A stretch of 64,000 bases of DNA from a virus, in the IMG/VR virus record IMGVR_UViG_3300028876_000002; one strand, written 5' to 3'. The notes beneath the pieces are model-generated. The model did no database searches. It was not told the DNA's origin and saw only the letters and a list, made by a program, of their open reading frames with translations. A program made the translations under genes and the position numbers. Within the stretch, counting starts at the first letter, position 1. Every line of letters starts with the position of its first letter. Positions 61,962-64,000 of this stretch are shown in pieces.

Positions 61962-64000
61962 TCTCACGACCGCCGACCCGGAACTGGAGACCTTCCGCGC
62001 TGGCTCCGCCATCACGATCGGCACGGCGGTGTACCCGTCCGGGGACGGCGTGGTGTCGCAGGTTGACCCTAGCGACCCGGTGAAGGTCTATGCGGTGCTG
62101 GGGGTGGCCACCCAGACCGTGGTGGAAGGCGCCAACATCGTCGTGCGCAAGGCCGGCGTGATGCAGATCATCGGCGCGGTGTTCGAGCCTGGCGGGCCGG
62201 TGTACGTCGGTGTGGACGGGCTGACGCAATTCCCGGATTATGTCAACTTGGCGATCCCGGTGGGTGCGGCCGTCAGCGCCGACGAGATCGACGTGTGGCC
62301 GGGCTGGCCGGCGCTGCAGCACCCGGGCGTCTACTCGGAGTACGAGACCTTCCTGCCCGCGACTTGGGGCCTGGTGCGCGACGCGGTGACTCTGGCTCAG
62401 GACTTCAACTCGGCCGGCAATGGCCTGGTGGTGAAGATTGGACCGGACGACGTGACGACGCGCACGATCGAAGTGGGCGGGAACCTGGTGGTCGAAGATG
62501 GCAACGGAGTGGGCGACAACCCGTTCATCTACGACACGCCGATCTCCAACCTCCCGATCCGCAGCGGAGGGTTGAACGGTCACGAAGCCGTGGCCGTTGA
62601 CGACGGGGATGGCACCTCGTACCAGGTGAGCGTGCAGGACATCGCAGACCTCGCAGGTTCCGGCTCAGGATCCGTGACCTCGGTGGGTATCACGCCAGCG
62701 GACGGGGTCACGTCCGTTGGAGGGCCGATCACTTCATCCGGATCCATCACCATCGGGCTCGGCAACATCACGCCTACGTCAGTGGCCGCCAGCGGCACGG
62801 TGGCAGGCTCCAACCTCAGCGGCACCAACACCGGCGACCAGACCATCACCCTGACTGGTGATGTGGCAGGTTCCGGGACCGGGTCGTTTGCCACCACCCT
62901 GGCAACGGTGAACAGCGACGTCGGGTCATTCGGCTCCAGCACCGCCATCCCGTCGTTCACGGTCAACCCTAAGGGTCTGGTCACAGCGGCCAGCACCAAC
63001 GCGGTCGTGGCACCGGCCGGCACGCTGACAGGTACCACTCTGGCCGCCAACGTGGTCACCAGCTCGCTGACGAGCGTCGGTACGATCAACACTGGGGTGT
63101 GGCAAGGCACACCGCCGGCAGCCAACTTCGGAGGCACGGGCTTCTCCACCTACGCGGTGGGTGACATCCTCTATGCCAGCACCGCCAGCGTGCTGTCGAA
63201 GCTGGCAGATGTGGCGACGGGAAACGCACTCATCTCTGGTGGGGTCGGCGCGGCGCCGGCCTGGGGCAAGATCGGACTCACCACGCACGTCAGTGGCACA
63301 TTGGCCACCGGGAACGGAGGCACCGGGTTGTCGTCCTACGCTGACGGAGTGGTCCTGACATCCATATCGAACAGCCTAACCCCGATAGCGGCCGGCGTTG
63401 ATGGCCAGGTTATCGTGCGCGTCGGCGGTTTTCCCGCTTGGTCAAACGCACCGAGCAGTGCCCTGACGTCCACCAACATCGGCTACGGCAATGGGTCGAA
63501 CGTGCTTACCGGCACGTCCACCTTCACCTGGGCGAACTCGACGCTCACGATGCAGATGGGCGCCGGCACGGGCCCGTCTACACTTCGCACGGCCAACGCT
63601 TCCAGTGGCGCAAATGCCGCCTCCTTGACCATCCAAACCGGCGATGCTGCGCCCAGCGTTGTCGGCGCTGGCCTGCTGACCATCCAAGGCGGTGCTGGCG
63701 CCGGCACGTCCGCTGCCGGCAGCATCGCCATAACGGCCGGCAACAACCCAAGTTCAGGTGCTGGTGGATCCGTGTCAATCACGGCCGGAACAAGTTCAAG
63801 CGGTACAGCCGGCAATTTCACCGTGGTGGTCAACGGCACCACGCGGTTGACCATCTCGAACACGGGCGCGGCCACGTTTCAGTCGTCGCTTGCTGGCACA
63901 TCCGGCGTGTTCTCGTCCACGCTGGAAAGCGCGTCGCTGCTGGTCACCGGATCGACGGCGCCAGCCAACGGTATGTATCTCCAAGCCGCGGGCGTGGTTG
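61741..64000 (+). CDS. long tail fibre (at least 753 aa, 3' truncated): adaptor fused to fibre
   Basis: Frame read by hand with no stop to 64000 (missing from ORF track); GSFGSSTAIPSFTVNPKGLVT and GGTG..Y.VGDILYAS fibre motifs. Confidence 0.85.
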   Translation, partial: MALGKPPISTPRTLELRVVAQAVENIRQRIEAIEGVSATTAAQAGETTLRAGQQNISISALRAQLVALAARVDALTTADPELETFRAGSAITIGTAVYPSGDGVVSQVDPSDPVKVYAVLGVATQTVVEGANIVVRKAGVMQIIGAVFEPGGPVYVGVDGLTQFPDYVNLAIPVGAAVSADEIDVWPGWPALQHPGVYSEYETFLPATWGLVRDAVTLAQDFNSAGNGLVVKIGPDDVTTRTIEVGGNLVVEDGNGVGDNPFIYDTPISNLPIRSGGLNGHEAVAVDDGDGTSYQVSVQDIADLAGSGSGSVTSVGITPADGVTSVGGPITSSGSITIGLGNITPTSVAASGTVAGSNLSGTNTGDQTITLTGDVAGSGTGSFATTLATVNSDVGSFGSSTAIPSFTVNPKGLVTAASTNAVVAPAGTLTGTTLAANVVTSSLTSVGTINTGVWQGTPPAANFGGTGFSTYAVGDILYASTASVLSKLADVATGNALISGGVGAAPAWGKIGLTTHVSGTLATGNGGTGLSSYADGVVLTSISNSLTPIAAGVDGQVIVRVGGFPAWSNAPSSALTSTNIGYGNGSNVLTGTSTFTWANSTLTMQMGAGTGPSTLRTANASSGANAASLTIQTGDAAPSVVGAGLLTIQGGAGAGTSAAGSIAITAGNNPSSGAGGSVSITAGTSSSGTAGNFTVVVNGTTRLTISNTGAATFQSSLAGTSGVFSSTLESASLLVTGSTAPANGMYLQAAGVV

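Noticed and set aside
61430-64000. Simple terminal redundancy or circular overlap
   Set aside because: The copies differ outside a 262-bp block and diverge after ~62460
1-64000. tRNA/rRNA genes, integrase, att sites, phage RNA polymerase
   Set aside because: None recognised by eye; tRNAscan and HMM searches would be needed to be certain

Overview
The window is nearly a whole high-GC tailed-phage genome with podovirus-type architecture. The host is probably a proteobacterium (inference from GC content, two-component spanins and sigma54 boxes). Order: tail fibres, ejection proteins and lysis (+, 1-14.1 kb); a leftward block of about 15 glycosyl/methyltransferase-type genes, then SNF2 helicase, VRR-NUC, family A DNA polymerase, DUF2815 SSB and DUF2800 nuclease (-, 14.1-31.6 kb); a divergent control region with a cro-like gene, RNA ligase and a primase/D5 helicase split by six small ORFs (+, 31.9-37.7 kb); leftward small early genes (37.7-47.6 kb); terminase, portal, capsid and tail genes (+, 48.2-64 kb). 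I saw no integrase, tRNA, CRISPR array or reverse transcriptase. Most notable: (1) a head-to-tail array of early genes, each with its own sigma54 (-24/-12) promoter, but no phage enhancer-binding protein; (2) the large glycosylation/methylation locus plus an extra glycosyltransferase inserted inside a split tail gene; (3) two diverged copies of the same tail module 61,429 bp apart, sharing a 262-bp identical block but leading to different fibres (real host-range cassette duplication or a strain-chimeric assembly); (4) the split primase-helicase. All product calls come from motif recognition by eye, not database searches.
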